Source: Candidatus Stahliibacteriota bacterium (lineage in GTDB: Bacteria > Hydrothermota > UBA3072). From it: DNA of 60,950 nt. The stretch spans positions 1-60,950 of the forward strand of contig DAOVFB010000001.1 in the NCBI GenBank assembly GCA_030668705.1. Direction: 5' to 3'. The notes beneath the pieces were generated by a model. The model was given only the letters and a program-made list of their open reading frames with translations. It was not told the origin of the DNA and searched no databases. Made by a program: the position numbers and the translations under genes. Of the stretch, positions 54,423 to 60,950 are shown piece by piece; positions within the stretch are counted from its first letter, which is position 1; each line of letters starts with the position of its first letter.

Positions 54423-54467
54423 GTTAGACTACTCTAACAATATAAGAGAGATTTATCTTTTTGTCAA
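54423..54467 (-). promoter_or_regulatory. Promoter of dtxR-feoAB with a 16-bp palindromic operator candidate at the transcription start
   Basis: On the minus strand: TTGACA (54467-54462), 17-nt spacer, TATATT (54444-54439), immediately followed by GTTAGAGTAGTCTAAC (54438-54423; arms GTTAGA/TCTAAC), then ATG at 54419. Confidence 0.55.
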
Positions 54468-54469
54468 GA

Positions 54470-54827
54470 GGTAATGACATATGTGTTGCATGGCTGTTAT
54501 TCCAAAGCAATATGTCACATTTAATTACTACGAAAAATGGTACATTTTCATCAGCCATTCGGACTTGCCACACGAAAAGACGCGGTCAATTTCCGAAAGC
54601 CGTGGAAATTGCTGCTCGGCTCTCGCATCGAGCTCTCGTGAGATTAAAATCTCGCGAACCATGCCCGCTCGCCCTCCGAGACGCGCATCGGAGCGGCAAG
54701 TCCTCATGTATTGATTCCTTGAATCTAATTATATCTCTATGAGATAGTTTTTCCTAAATGTGACATCTATTTTTGGGAATAAAGTAGGACATTTATTTTT
54801 GGTAATGACAGTATGTGTTGCAGGGCT
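54470..54827. mobile_element. MITE-like non-coding insert flanked by 26/27-nt direct repeats, with 11-bp inverted repeats and a 143-nt multi-hairpin core
   Basis: Direct repeats are GGTAATGACATATGTGTTGCATGGCT (54470-54495) and GGTAATGACAGTATGTGTTGCAGGGCT (54801-54827). Inverted repeats are ATGTCACATTT (54512-54522) and AAATGTGACAT (54756-54766). The core is 54561-54703, closed by GGACTTGCC/GGCAAGTCC. There is no credible ORF. Confidence 0.55.
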
Positions 54828-54946
54828 TGACAAAACAGATAGATTATATTACTTTTCAGCCTAACGAGACTGGACAAAAGATAAGGGAGGACAAGCGAAG
54901 AAGGAATATATTCTCTTGCGAAAATGAGGAAGAGAAGGAGGTTTTT

Positions 54947-55231
54947 GTGTCGGTTAAGGTAAAATTAACTGTGGTAGGAAAGAAGAAGCAACGGACATAT
55001 AGAATAGTGGCTATTGATTCCAGGAATCCCCGTGATGGAGAATACCTGGAGAAACTGGGTTGGTATAATCCGAGGACAAAAGAGCTGAAAATGGATGAAG
55101 AAGGAATTATGAGATGGCATGGAAAAGGGGCTATATTGTCAGAAAGAGTCAAGTCGTTACTCAAAAGATGGCGAGCAAATAAAAATAAGGAGGTAGAGAA
55201 CGTTGAAGGAACTAATAATATACATAGCTAA
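54947..55231 (+). CDS. rpsP: 30S ribosomal protein S16
   Basis: The GTG at 54947 follows [47 protein letters not shown] is present. The ORF is open from 54815, but the upstream part has no S16 similarity. Confidence 0.93.
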   Translation: MSVKVKLTVVGKKKQRTYRIVAIDSRNPRDGEYLEKLGWYNPRTKELKMDEEGIMRWHGKGAILSERVKSLLKRWRANKNKEVENVEGTNNIHS

Positions 55232-55442
55232 ATCATTGGTAGATGAACCAGATAAAGTGGAAGTGGAAGAGATTGCAGGTGAGCGTACAGTTGTCTATGA
55301 ACTCAAGGTTGGCAAGAATGATATTGGTAAGATTATAGGCAAGGCTGGAAAGACAGCCAAAGCGATTAGAACAATTGTTACTGCTTCTTCGATGAAGGTT
55401 GGTAAACGAGCAGTACTGGAGATTTTAGAACCCTCCGAATAA
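55203..55442 (+). CDS. KH-domain RNA-binding protein (YlqC/UPF0109-like)
   Basis: 79 aa with TTG start. [21 protein letters not shown] and [18 protein letters not shown] (GxxG loop) are present, in the conserved position after rpsP. Confidence 0.88.
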   Translation: MKELIIYIAKSLVDEPDKVEVEEIAGERTVVYELKVGKNDIGKIIGKAGKTAKAIRTIVTASSMKVGKRAVLEILEPSE

Positions 55443-55460
55443 TAATTTATCGTAAGTGAA

Positions 55461-56123
55461 ATGAGAATAAATGTCCTCTCCATCTTTCCGGATTTATTTA
55501 CGGTATTTCTGAAAACCGGGATAGTCAGAATAGCGCAGGAAAAAGGTCTTCTTGAGGTAGAGGTTACTGATATCAGGGATTTTGCTCTGGATTCATATGG
55601 AACGGTTGATGATTATCCATATGGAGGGGGTGCCGGGATGATTATGAAGGTTGAGCCAATTGTTTCTGCTTTAGAGAGCCTCGATAATCCGGGAAGCGTT
55701 TATTTGCTTACGCCACGGGGAAAGTTGTTCAATCAGGCTCTCGCCAGGGACCTTTCTGGCAGGGAAACAATAACTCTAATATCTGGCAGATATAAGGGTG
55801 TAGATGAGAGGGTTAGAGATTTTGCCGATGGAGAGATATCCATAGGTGATTATATCCTGAGTGGTGGAGAGATTGCTGCGATGGTAGTTATTGAAGCGGT
55901 GGTAAGGCTTCTTCCCGGTGCTGTAAGTGATTCTGCTTCTGTTTTAGGAGATTCCTTTGAGAATGGGTTATTGGACTGCCCGAATTATACAAGGCCACGG
56001 GTCTTTCGGGGGATGGAGGTTCCCTCGGTGTTATTGTCCGGTAACCATGAAGAGATACAGATGTGGAGAGAAAAGGAAGCATTAAAACTCACAAAGAAGT
56101 ATAGAACAGATCTTTTAGCGTAG
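55461..56123 (+). CDS. trmD: tRNA (guanine37-N1)-methyltransferase
   Basis: 220 aa with [32 protein letters not shown] and LSGNHEEI motifs. Confidence 0.95.
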   Translation: MRINVLSIFPDLFTVFLKTGIVRIAQEKGLLEVEVTDIRDFALDSYGTVDDYPYGGGAGMIMKVEPIVSALESLDNPGSVYLLTPRGKLFNQALARDLSGRETITLISGRYKGVDERVRDFADGEISIGDYILSGGEIAAMVVIEAVVRLLPGAVSDSASVLGDSFENGLLDCPNYTRPRVFRGMEVPSVLLSGNHEEIQMWREKEALKLTKKYRTDLLA

Positions 56124-56151
56124 GTATGAGATAGCAACAAAGGAGAGAAAA

Positions 56152-56490
56152 ATGGAAAATATAAAAATAATGGGAGAGGAGTATATAAAGGATACCCCTG
56201 ATTTTTCACCAGGCGATCTAATCCGTGTGATAACAAAGGAAAAGAGAGGGGATAAAACACGTCTGCACCGCTTTGAAGGAAGAGTAATCGGCAAGAGAGG
56301 GTCGGGAACCGGTAAGACGTTTATGGTCAGAAAAGTAACGCAGGGGATAGGGATCGAGAAGGTATTTCCCTTATATTCTCCAATTATTGATTCAATAAAA
56401 ATACTCAAGAAAGGTAAGGTTCGTAGAGCCAAACTTTATTACCTTCGGGAAAGGGAAGGGAAGGCGGCCAGAATTAAAGAAAAGAAATGA
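56152..56490 (+). CDS. rplS: 50S ribosomal protein L19
   Basis: 112 aa with [24 protein letters not shown] and [24 protein letters not shown] blocks. Confidence 0.96.
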   Translation: MENIKIMGEEYIKDTPDFSPGDLIRVITKEKRGDKTRLHRFEGRVIGKRGSGTGKTFMVRKVTQGIGIEKVFPLYSPIIDSIKILKKGKVRRAKLYYLREREGKAARIKEKK

Positions 56491-57080
56491 GAGATATCGA
56501 AGGGGAGTGGTGTCCCTCCCGTGCTACCTTTGTGTGTGGTATAGATGAGGTCGGAAGGGGTTCACTTGCCGGACCTGTTGCTGCCTGTGCTCTTGTATTA
56601 CCAAAAGGTTTAATTATTCCTGGGGTTACTGATTCCAAAAAACTCACCCCGAAAAAGCGTTCTGAGCTTTTTCCCTTGATACTGAATTCTTCCATATCGG
56701 TAGGAATTGGATTTGTAGATTCGATTATGATAGATAAATGGGGGATAAATTATTCGGTGTTTGAAGCTATGTATCGTGCCCTCTTAAACCTTTCCCTGAT
56801 ACCAGATTGGGTTCTGGTTGATGGGGATTCTATTCCCTGTTTACCTATTTCTCAGACGGCGATAAAGGGTGGTGATGCACTTTCCCATCTTATCGGTGCA
56901 GCCTCGATTGTGGCAAAGGTACTCCGAGATAGGGTGATGGAATTTTTTGATATCTTATACCCGCAATATGGATTTGCCAAACATAAGGGGTATGGAACAG
57001 CTCTCCATATTAAAAATATAAGGAAATTTGGTCCCAGTCCAATACATAGGAAAACATTCAGGCCAATAAATGAATTTTAA
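56487..57080 (+). CDS. rnhB: Ribonuclease HII
   Basis: 197 aa with [20 protein letters not shown] and ASIVAKV.RD motifs. Confidence 0.93.
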   Translation: MRDIEGEWCPSRATFVCGIDEVGRGSLAGPVAACALVLPKGLIIPGVTDSKKLTPKKRSELFPLILNSSISVGIGFVDSIMIDKWGINYSVFEAMYRALLNLSLIPDWVLVDGDSIPCLPISQTAIKGGDALSHLIGAASIVAKVLRDRVMEFFDILYPQYGFAKHKGYGTALHIKNIRKFGPSPIHRKTFRPINEF

Positions 57081-57417
57081 GGATAGAGGCGAAAGGATTG
57101 CAGCGAAGCATTTGCAGGGGTTAGGGTATAAAATCCTGGCACATAATTTCATAGGACGCAATTTCGAGATAGATCTTATTGTCAGAAAAAAGGACTTAGT
57201 TGTTTTTGTTGAAGTTAAAAGAAGGACTGCGACAAATTTTATGTATCCAGTAGAAGGGGTTGACAGGAAGAAGAGAATTAATATCATAAAAGGAGCAAAG
57301 TATTACCTTGTAAAGAATGACCTTTATGATAAGGTTGATGTAAGATTTGATGTAATAAGTATAAGAGGTAATGAAGAGCAACTAGAACATTACAAGGACG
57401 CGTTCAGGAATTGTTAA
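57070..57417 (+). CDS. yraN: YraN family (UPF0102) endonuclease-like protein
   Basis: 115 aa with GERIAAKHLQGLGYKILAHNF, EIDLIV and VFVEVKRR motifs, in the conserved position after rnhB. Confidence 0.88.
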   Translation: MNFKDRGERIAAKHLQGLGYKILAHNFIGRNFEIDLIVRKKDLVVFVEVKRRTATNFMYPVEGVDRKKRINIIKGAKYYLVKNDLYDKVDVRFDVISIRGNEEQLEHYKDAFRNC

Positions 57418-57438
57418 ACTGAAAGTAAGGAGGTATGT

Positions 57439-59133
57439 ATGAAGAAGTTGTTTGTAGTGCTGTCTATCCTGTTATTTGTGTCAACTGTTTCAGCTCAAGG
57501 TTTGAATCTTGAGTCCTTCAGGCAGCAGGCAACCTATATTATAAGAGATGACCTGGACTATGCCATAAACGGGACAGACATTTTTGAGGTTGATGGGGCT
57601 CGAATATTCACCAATCTCAGCAACCTTTCAACAGGCACAGAGGAACTTATGGGTTATAACTCTGATAACACCTTTGTTATCGGATATGTTTCTCCAGAAT
57701 TCTGGGGACTGAAGAGTGCCCTTTTCTGGGGGACTATGAAAGATCTTGATCCCGATTTTCTAGGCATTGATGTGGATGGGGATGGATGGGATGATCTCTG
57801 GGGGGACGGATTCCTCTCTGGTGTCTGGCATAGAGAATGGGATGCAAACGGTGATGGCTCCATAGATTTTATTGATTACAGATATGTAGAGGAAGCAGGC
57901 GAGGATAGTGACCTTGAAAGTGATATCCTGGTCAATATTGGAAAGGATATGGGAGTGAGCGCTTTTGCACTCACTTACCGCCGAGTGGCAGACAAATTCA
58001 CTGAGGATAACTCGGATTCACTCTACTTTGATAGGGAGGACTATAGTACTGGAGATCTTACTGAGTTTTACAGAGAGGATGAGGCCGACAATTATATCTA
58101 CACATCTCCTTCCAATCAATTCAATCTTGCCTATACCAGTCCATTTATGAGCTGGGACCTAAGAGGGGATTTCTACTTTAATATGTCTAATATTGAGGAT
58201 AAATGGACATCTAACTATCACTATTTCGAGAACCTTGCACCTCCCCCTGCATCCATAACAGATACCGAATTGGATACTACATATTCCGCTGGAATGGATA
58301 AATACTCCAATAATGAAGCAGGAATCGCTTTAAGATTGAAGAATACCGATCCCGTATTAACCTGGGAAGTATCAGGAAGATTTGGTATGAATTTTGGTAG
58401 CGGTGATTATGAGGACTCTTATTTCAATTTCACTGAAACTCACGATATGAATGCTGGAAATGTTGATTCTGATATCTACGCGTATACCGATCAGTATATC
58501 GCACCTATATCCGTCTCAGGTATGAACATGGGAATAGGTGGTAGGATGGAATGGCAGTTAGCAAGCAATGTTCGTTTTGGTCTTGGGGCAGGATTCAATA
58601 GTTCAAGGCTCACCCGTGAATACGACCAGGATTACACAAACATTGAAAGAATTGAATACGATGATGGTGATTTAGATCCGGCCGATCCTGATGATTATGT
58701 TGACATAACACAGAGCGGATATAGTTCAATGAGGACATATGAGACTATAGTGGATGCAATCTATGTTCCTGCAGGTATAGAGATAAATGTCGGTAAGAAC
58801 AAGGATTGGTTCCTCAGGTTTGGCGCTTTAGCAATAAAGGAGAATATCAATACAAAGAATATAGAAGAGATAGACGAGGTACAGAGGGAAGTCCACACCA
58901 TTACCTATGGTGATGGTACTACTACAACCACATACGAAGATGTTGAATATGAGTCTACCAAAGAGAATGATTATAGTGAAAACCAGACTGTTAATTTCGC
59001 CTATGGTCTGGGTTGGAAACCTTCCGACAACCTGAGTATCGACTTACTCGGGATGTTTGACGTTTCAGGTGTCGAACTCCTATCCACAGACTGGTTCCAA
59101 TCCCTTAAACTCTCAGCAACTGTCTCATACTAA
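57439..59133 (+). CDS. Secreted Asp-rich protein, probable outer-membrane beta-barrel with Ca-binding-like DxDGDG loops
   Basis: Signal peptide ends ..VSTVSAQG. DVDGDGWDD and DANGDGSIDF motifs are present. The C-terminal half has alternating aromatic/polar strands, and the protein ends LKLSATVSY (aromatic terminus). AAGGAGG Shine-Dalgarno sequence. Confidence 0.6.
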   Translation: MKKLFVVLSILLFVSTVSAQGLNLESFRQQATYIIRDDLDYAINGTDIFEVDGARIFTNLSNLSTGTEELMGYNSDNTFVIGYVSPEFWGLKSALFWGTMKDLDPDFLGIDVDGDGWDDLWGDGFLSGVWHREWDANGDGSIDFIDYRYVEEAGEDSDLESDILVNIGKDMGVSAFALTYRRVADKFTEDNSDSLYFDREDYSTGDLTEFYREDEADNYIYTSPSNQFNLAYTSPFMSWDLRGDFYFNMSNIEDKWTSNYHYFENLAPPPASITDTELDTTYSAGMDKYSNNEAGIALRLKNTDPVLTWEVSGRFGMNFGSGDYEDSYFNFTETHDMNAGNVDSDIYAYTDQYIAPISVSGMNMGIGGRMEWQLASNVRFGLGAGFNSSRLTREYDQDYTNIERIEYDDGDLDPADPDDYVDITQSGYSSMRTYETIVDAIYVPAGIEINVGKNKDWFLRFGALAIKENINTKNIEEIDEVQREVHTITYGDGTTTTTYEDVEYESTKENDYSENQTVNFAYGLGWKPSDNLSIDLLGMFDVSGVELLSTDWFQSLKLSATVSY

Positions 59134-59144
59134 AGGGGGCATAA

Positions 59145-60395
59145 ATGAAAAAGATAGTATTGATATTTGCCGTATTAATTCTAATTGTCGCAGGTTGTGC
59201 AAAAAAAGATATAAATCCGCTTTCACCTGATACCACTCTTCTCACAACTGATGAGAATCCACTCCATCTTGAGGGCGTTTCGGGGACACTTGTTACAGAT
59301 CCGACTTCAGTAGGTGTTCATCCTGATGATGAGACGAGCTGGATATATATCTACTTTGATGATGTTGTAAATACCGCATCCACAGGGATAAAGGTAGAAG
59401 AGACCGATGGTGACGAAGTTACATATACATATGAATGGTCAACCTCTGGCGGACAGTCAGACCTCTTAATGAAACCAGTTGCTGACCTTGACTACAACAC
59501 CACCTATATACTTAAACTGTATGCCAGTGATATATATGATACCAGAGGAAATTTCCTTGATAGCGATATGGACGATATTGGAGGAGAGAGTCCTGATGAT
59601 GACTACATTCTACTGTTTGCCACTGTGAGGTCTAATGGTTCACCCGGTGACTCTCCATTTGATATGGAAGATATATATCACCCCTGGATTAATAGTCCTA
59701 TGCGCTTCCTGATTGGAGATAGCGTAGTCTATGATGTGTGGACCGATGTGGATGTGGCTATTAATATCGTTGATTTGACCATTGATGCATCTGATAGTTC
59801 TTTTCATATAGTTGGTGTCGATCCGAATACCATTGATGGAACAACTATGATGCTCATTATGGCAAATAGTGGGGAAGAGGTTACCCTGGATGAGGTTACC
59901 TATGAGGGTGATACATCTGAGACGAATTTTGGAAGAGTTACTGTAAAACCAGAAGAGAATCTTGAACCTGGAACCGAATATTTCTTACGAATCTTTGGCG
60001 CAATTGCCGATGAAGCAGGAAATAAACTGGATGAAGTTGATATTATTAAAGCCGAATATTACTTTACTACTCTTGGCAGAAATATAGATAGCACCGAGGT
60101 TGCAGATGATATTGAGCCTCCATATGTAGTTAGTTGGAGTGCTCTTAATTCGCACTTTGAGGTAGAGTTCTCAGAGGAAATAGATGAAAGTACCATAGCA
60201 CTGAGCACAATTTATCTCAGTTATCCAGGATATGGAGATGGTGTTTTATCAATAAGAAACGAAGGTGGACATACCATAGTCCGTTTCACCAGAGGGGATG
60301 GTAATAGCGTTTCTGGTTACACAGGCTGGGTTAGTCCTGAGATCAAGGATTTAGCAGGTAATAGAAAGGGAAGTTCTTCGAGTCATTCATTCTGA
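59145..60395 (+). CDS. Lipoprotein with Ig-like (SbsA/Big_5-type) domains
   Basis: Lipobox LIVAGC. There are two segments ending in ..A.D..GN.L.. (DIYDTRGNFLD, IADEAGNKLD, IKDLAGNRKG), as in SbsA-type Ig-like domains. It is probably co-transcribed with 57439-59133. Confidence 0.6.
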   Translation: MKKIVLIFAVLILIVAGCAKKDINPLSPDTTLLTTDENPLHLEGVSGTLVTDPTSVGVHPDDETSWIYIYFDDVVNTASTGIKVEETDGDEVTYTYEWSTSGGQSDLLMKPVADLDYNTTYILKLYASDIYDTRGNFLDSDMDDIGGESPDDDYILLFATVRSNGSPGDSPFDMEDIYHPWINSPMRFLIGDSVVYDVWTDVDVAINIVDLTIDASDSSFHIVGVDPNTIDGTTMMLIMANSGEEVTLDEVTYEGDTSETNFGRVTVKPEENLEPGTEYFLRIFGAIADEAGNKLDEVDIIKAEYYFTTLGRNIDSTEVADDIEPPYVVSWSALNSHFEVEFSEEIDESTIALSTIYLSYPGYGDGVLSIRNEGGHTIVRFTRGDGNSVSGYTGWVSPEIKDLAGNRKGSSSSHSF

Positions 60396-60777
60396 TAAGG
60401 AACTGATCCAATCTGCCCGAAAGGCAAAAGAAAGAGCATATGCCCCCTACTCGAAATTTCGAGTGGGGGCTGCTCTTTTATCTTCCGGAACCATATATCA
60501 GGGTTTCAATATAGAGAATGTTTCCTATTCCCTCACCATTTGCGCCGAGAGGGTTGCTATGATAAATGCCATACTCGATGGCTCCAAAGATTTCGAAAAG
60601 ATAGTGATAGCAGCAGATAGTAAGGATTTTCCCTATCCCTGTGGTGCCTGTCTCCAATTCCTTTCGGAATTTACCCGGGATATGGGGATTATTCTTGTAA
60701 ATGGAGAGGGTGAGATAAAGGAAACAACCTTAAAAAGACTTTTTCCCAATCCCTTTAGTTCTTCTGAACTTAAATAA
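60385..60777 (+). CDS. cdd: Cytidine deaminase (start codon unresolved)
   Basis: CAERVA and PCGACLQF zinc motifs are present. Homology (DKELIQSARKAKERAYAPYSKFRVGAA) extends upstream of the first canonical start (GTG 60463). Between the in-frame stop at 60352 and 60463 there is no ATG, GTG or TTG, so ATT at 60385 is given as a tentative start. Confidence 0.8.
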   Translation: MHSDKELIQSARKAKERAYAPYSKFRVGAALLSSGTIYQGFNIENVSYSLTICAERVAMINAILDGSKDFEKIVIAADSKDFPYPCGACLQFLSEFTRDMGIILVNGEGEIKETTLKRLFPNPFSSSELK

Positions 60778-60802
60778 ATTTCCGTCTTTTTTATATAATT
60801 TT

Positions 60803-60950
60803 GACCCCTCGAACCATGCCCGCTCACCCTCCGAGACGCTTTTTTTAACGGTAAGTCCTCATGCATTGATTACTTAAATTTAATGTTATTTCTATGAGAT
60901 ATTAATCCCAAAATGTGACATCTATTTATGATAATAAAGTATGACATTTA
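60803..60950. repeat. Second, 5'-truncated copy of the 54655-54800 repeat
   Basis: GAACCATGCCCGCTCACCCTCCGAGACGC...GGTAAGTCCTCATGCATTGATTACTT...TCTATGAGATA...AAATGTGACATCTATTTATGATAATAAAGTATGACATTTA aligns with 54655-54797 at roughly four of five positions by eye. It runs to the window edge. Confidence 0.75.

Noticed and set aside
54561-54703. The multi-hairpin core as a known RNA (riboswitch, 6S, SRP, tmRNA, RNase P, group II intron domain V/VI).
   Set aside because: I could not find any of the diagnostic conserved motifs of those families by eye. It is kept only as an unclassified structured element, and an Rfam scan is needed.
54461-54742. Two overlapping ORFs (93 aa and 77 aa) between dtxR and rpsP.
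   Set aside because: They overlap each other in different frames and lie entirely within the hairpin-rich repeat, which has a truncated copy at 60803. They are Arg/Ser/Cys-rich with no ribosome-binding site.
1-60950. tRNA, rRNA, transposase, integrase, toxin-antitoxin or known defence genes anywhere in the window.
   Set aside because: No cloverleaf-like GTTCGA/T-loop contexts and no rRNA-like stretches were seen in the intergenic gaps. No ORF shows DDE, tyrosine- or serine-recombinase, or defence-family motifs. This is an absence by eye only, and tRNAscan/Infernal would be decisive.

Overview
This is an AT-rich chromosomal window of about 61 kb. It appears to come from an uncultivated diderm bacterium: it carries lpxH, an outer-membrane-barrel-like protein and a remnant of a T9SS-type C-terminal sorting domain. 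The taxon is inference only.

Roughly two thirds is core housekeeping in conserved operons:
- folC, pdxJ, a cNMP-binding protein and secDF.
- proS, then rimP-nusA-infB-DUF503-rbfA-nrnA.
- rplM-rpsI-rpsB-tsf-pyrH-frr-uppS-cdsA-dxr-rseP-tkt.
- recO.
- dtxR-feoA-feoB.
- rpsP-KH-trmD-rplS-rnhB-yraN, then cdd.

The accessory parts are:
- An lpxH operon headed by a 1185-aa TPR protein.
- A pilin-like/DUF58/BatA-N module with no MoxR ATPase.
- cysDN-tauE.
- An envelope-glycan locus: rfbAB, a GT4 glycosyltransferase, a YfhO-like protein, a flippase, three alkaline-phosphatase-superfamily genes and two pseudogenes.
- A lipoprotein with a PKD domain and a seven-bladed YVTN propeller.
- An OMP/Ig-like lipoprotein pair.

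I saw no rRNA, tRNA, CRISPR array, transposase, integrase or recognisable defence system, and I cannot point to a clear novel protein system.

The most unusual signals are non-coding:
1. Cassettes of unrelated perfect hairpins, bounded by conserved head and tail sequences, in the 873-bp tkt-recO gap.
2. A repeat-flanked insert of about 360 bp between the dtxR and rpsP promoters. It contains a 143-nt four-hairpin structure and belongs to a dispersed repeat family.
3. A recurring promoter layout, TTGAC(A/T)-N16/17-TAnnnT-N6-start codon, at six genes. This predicts leaderless mRNAs.

All calls come from reading the ORF translations and the DNA by eye; no searches were run.
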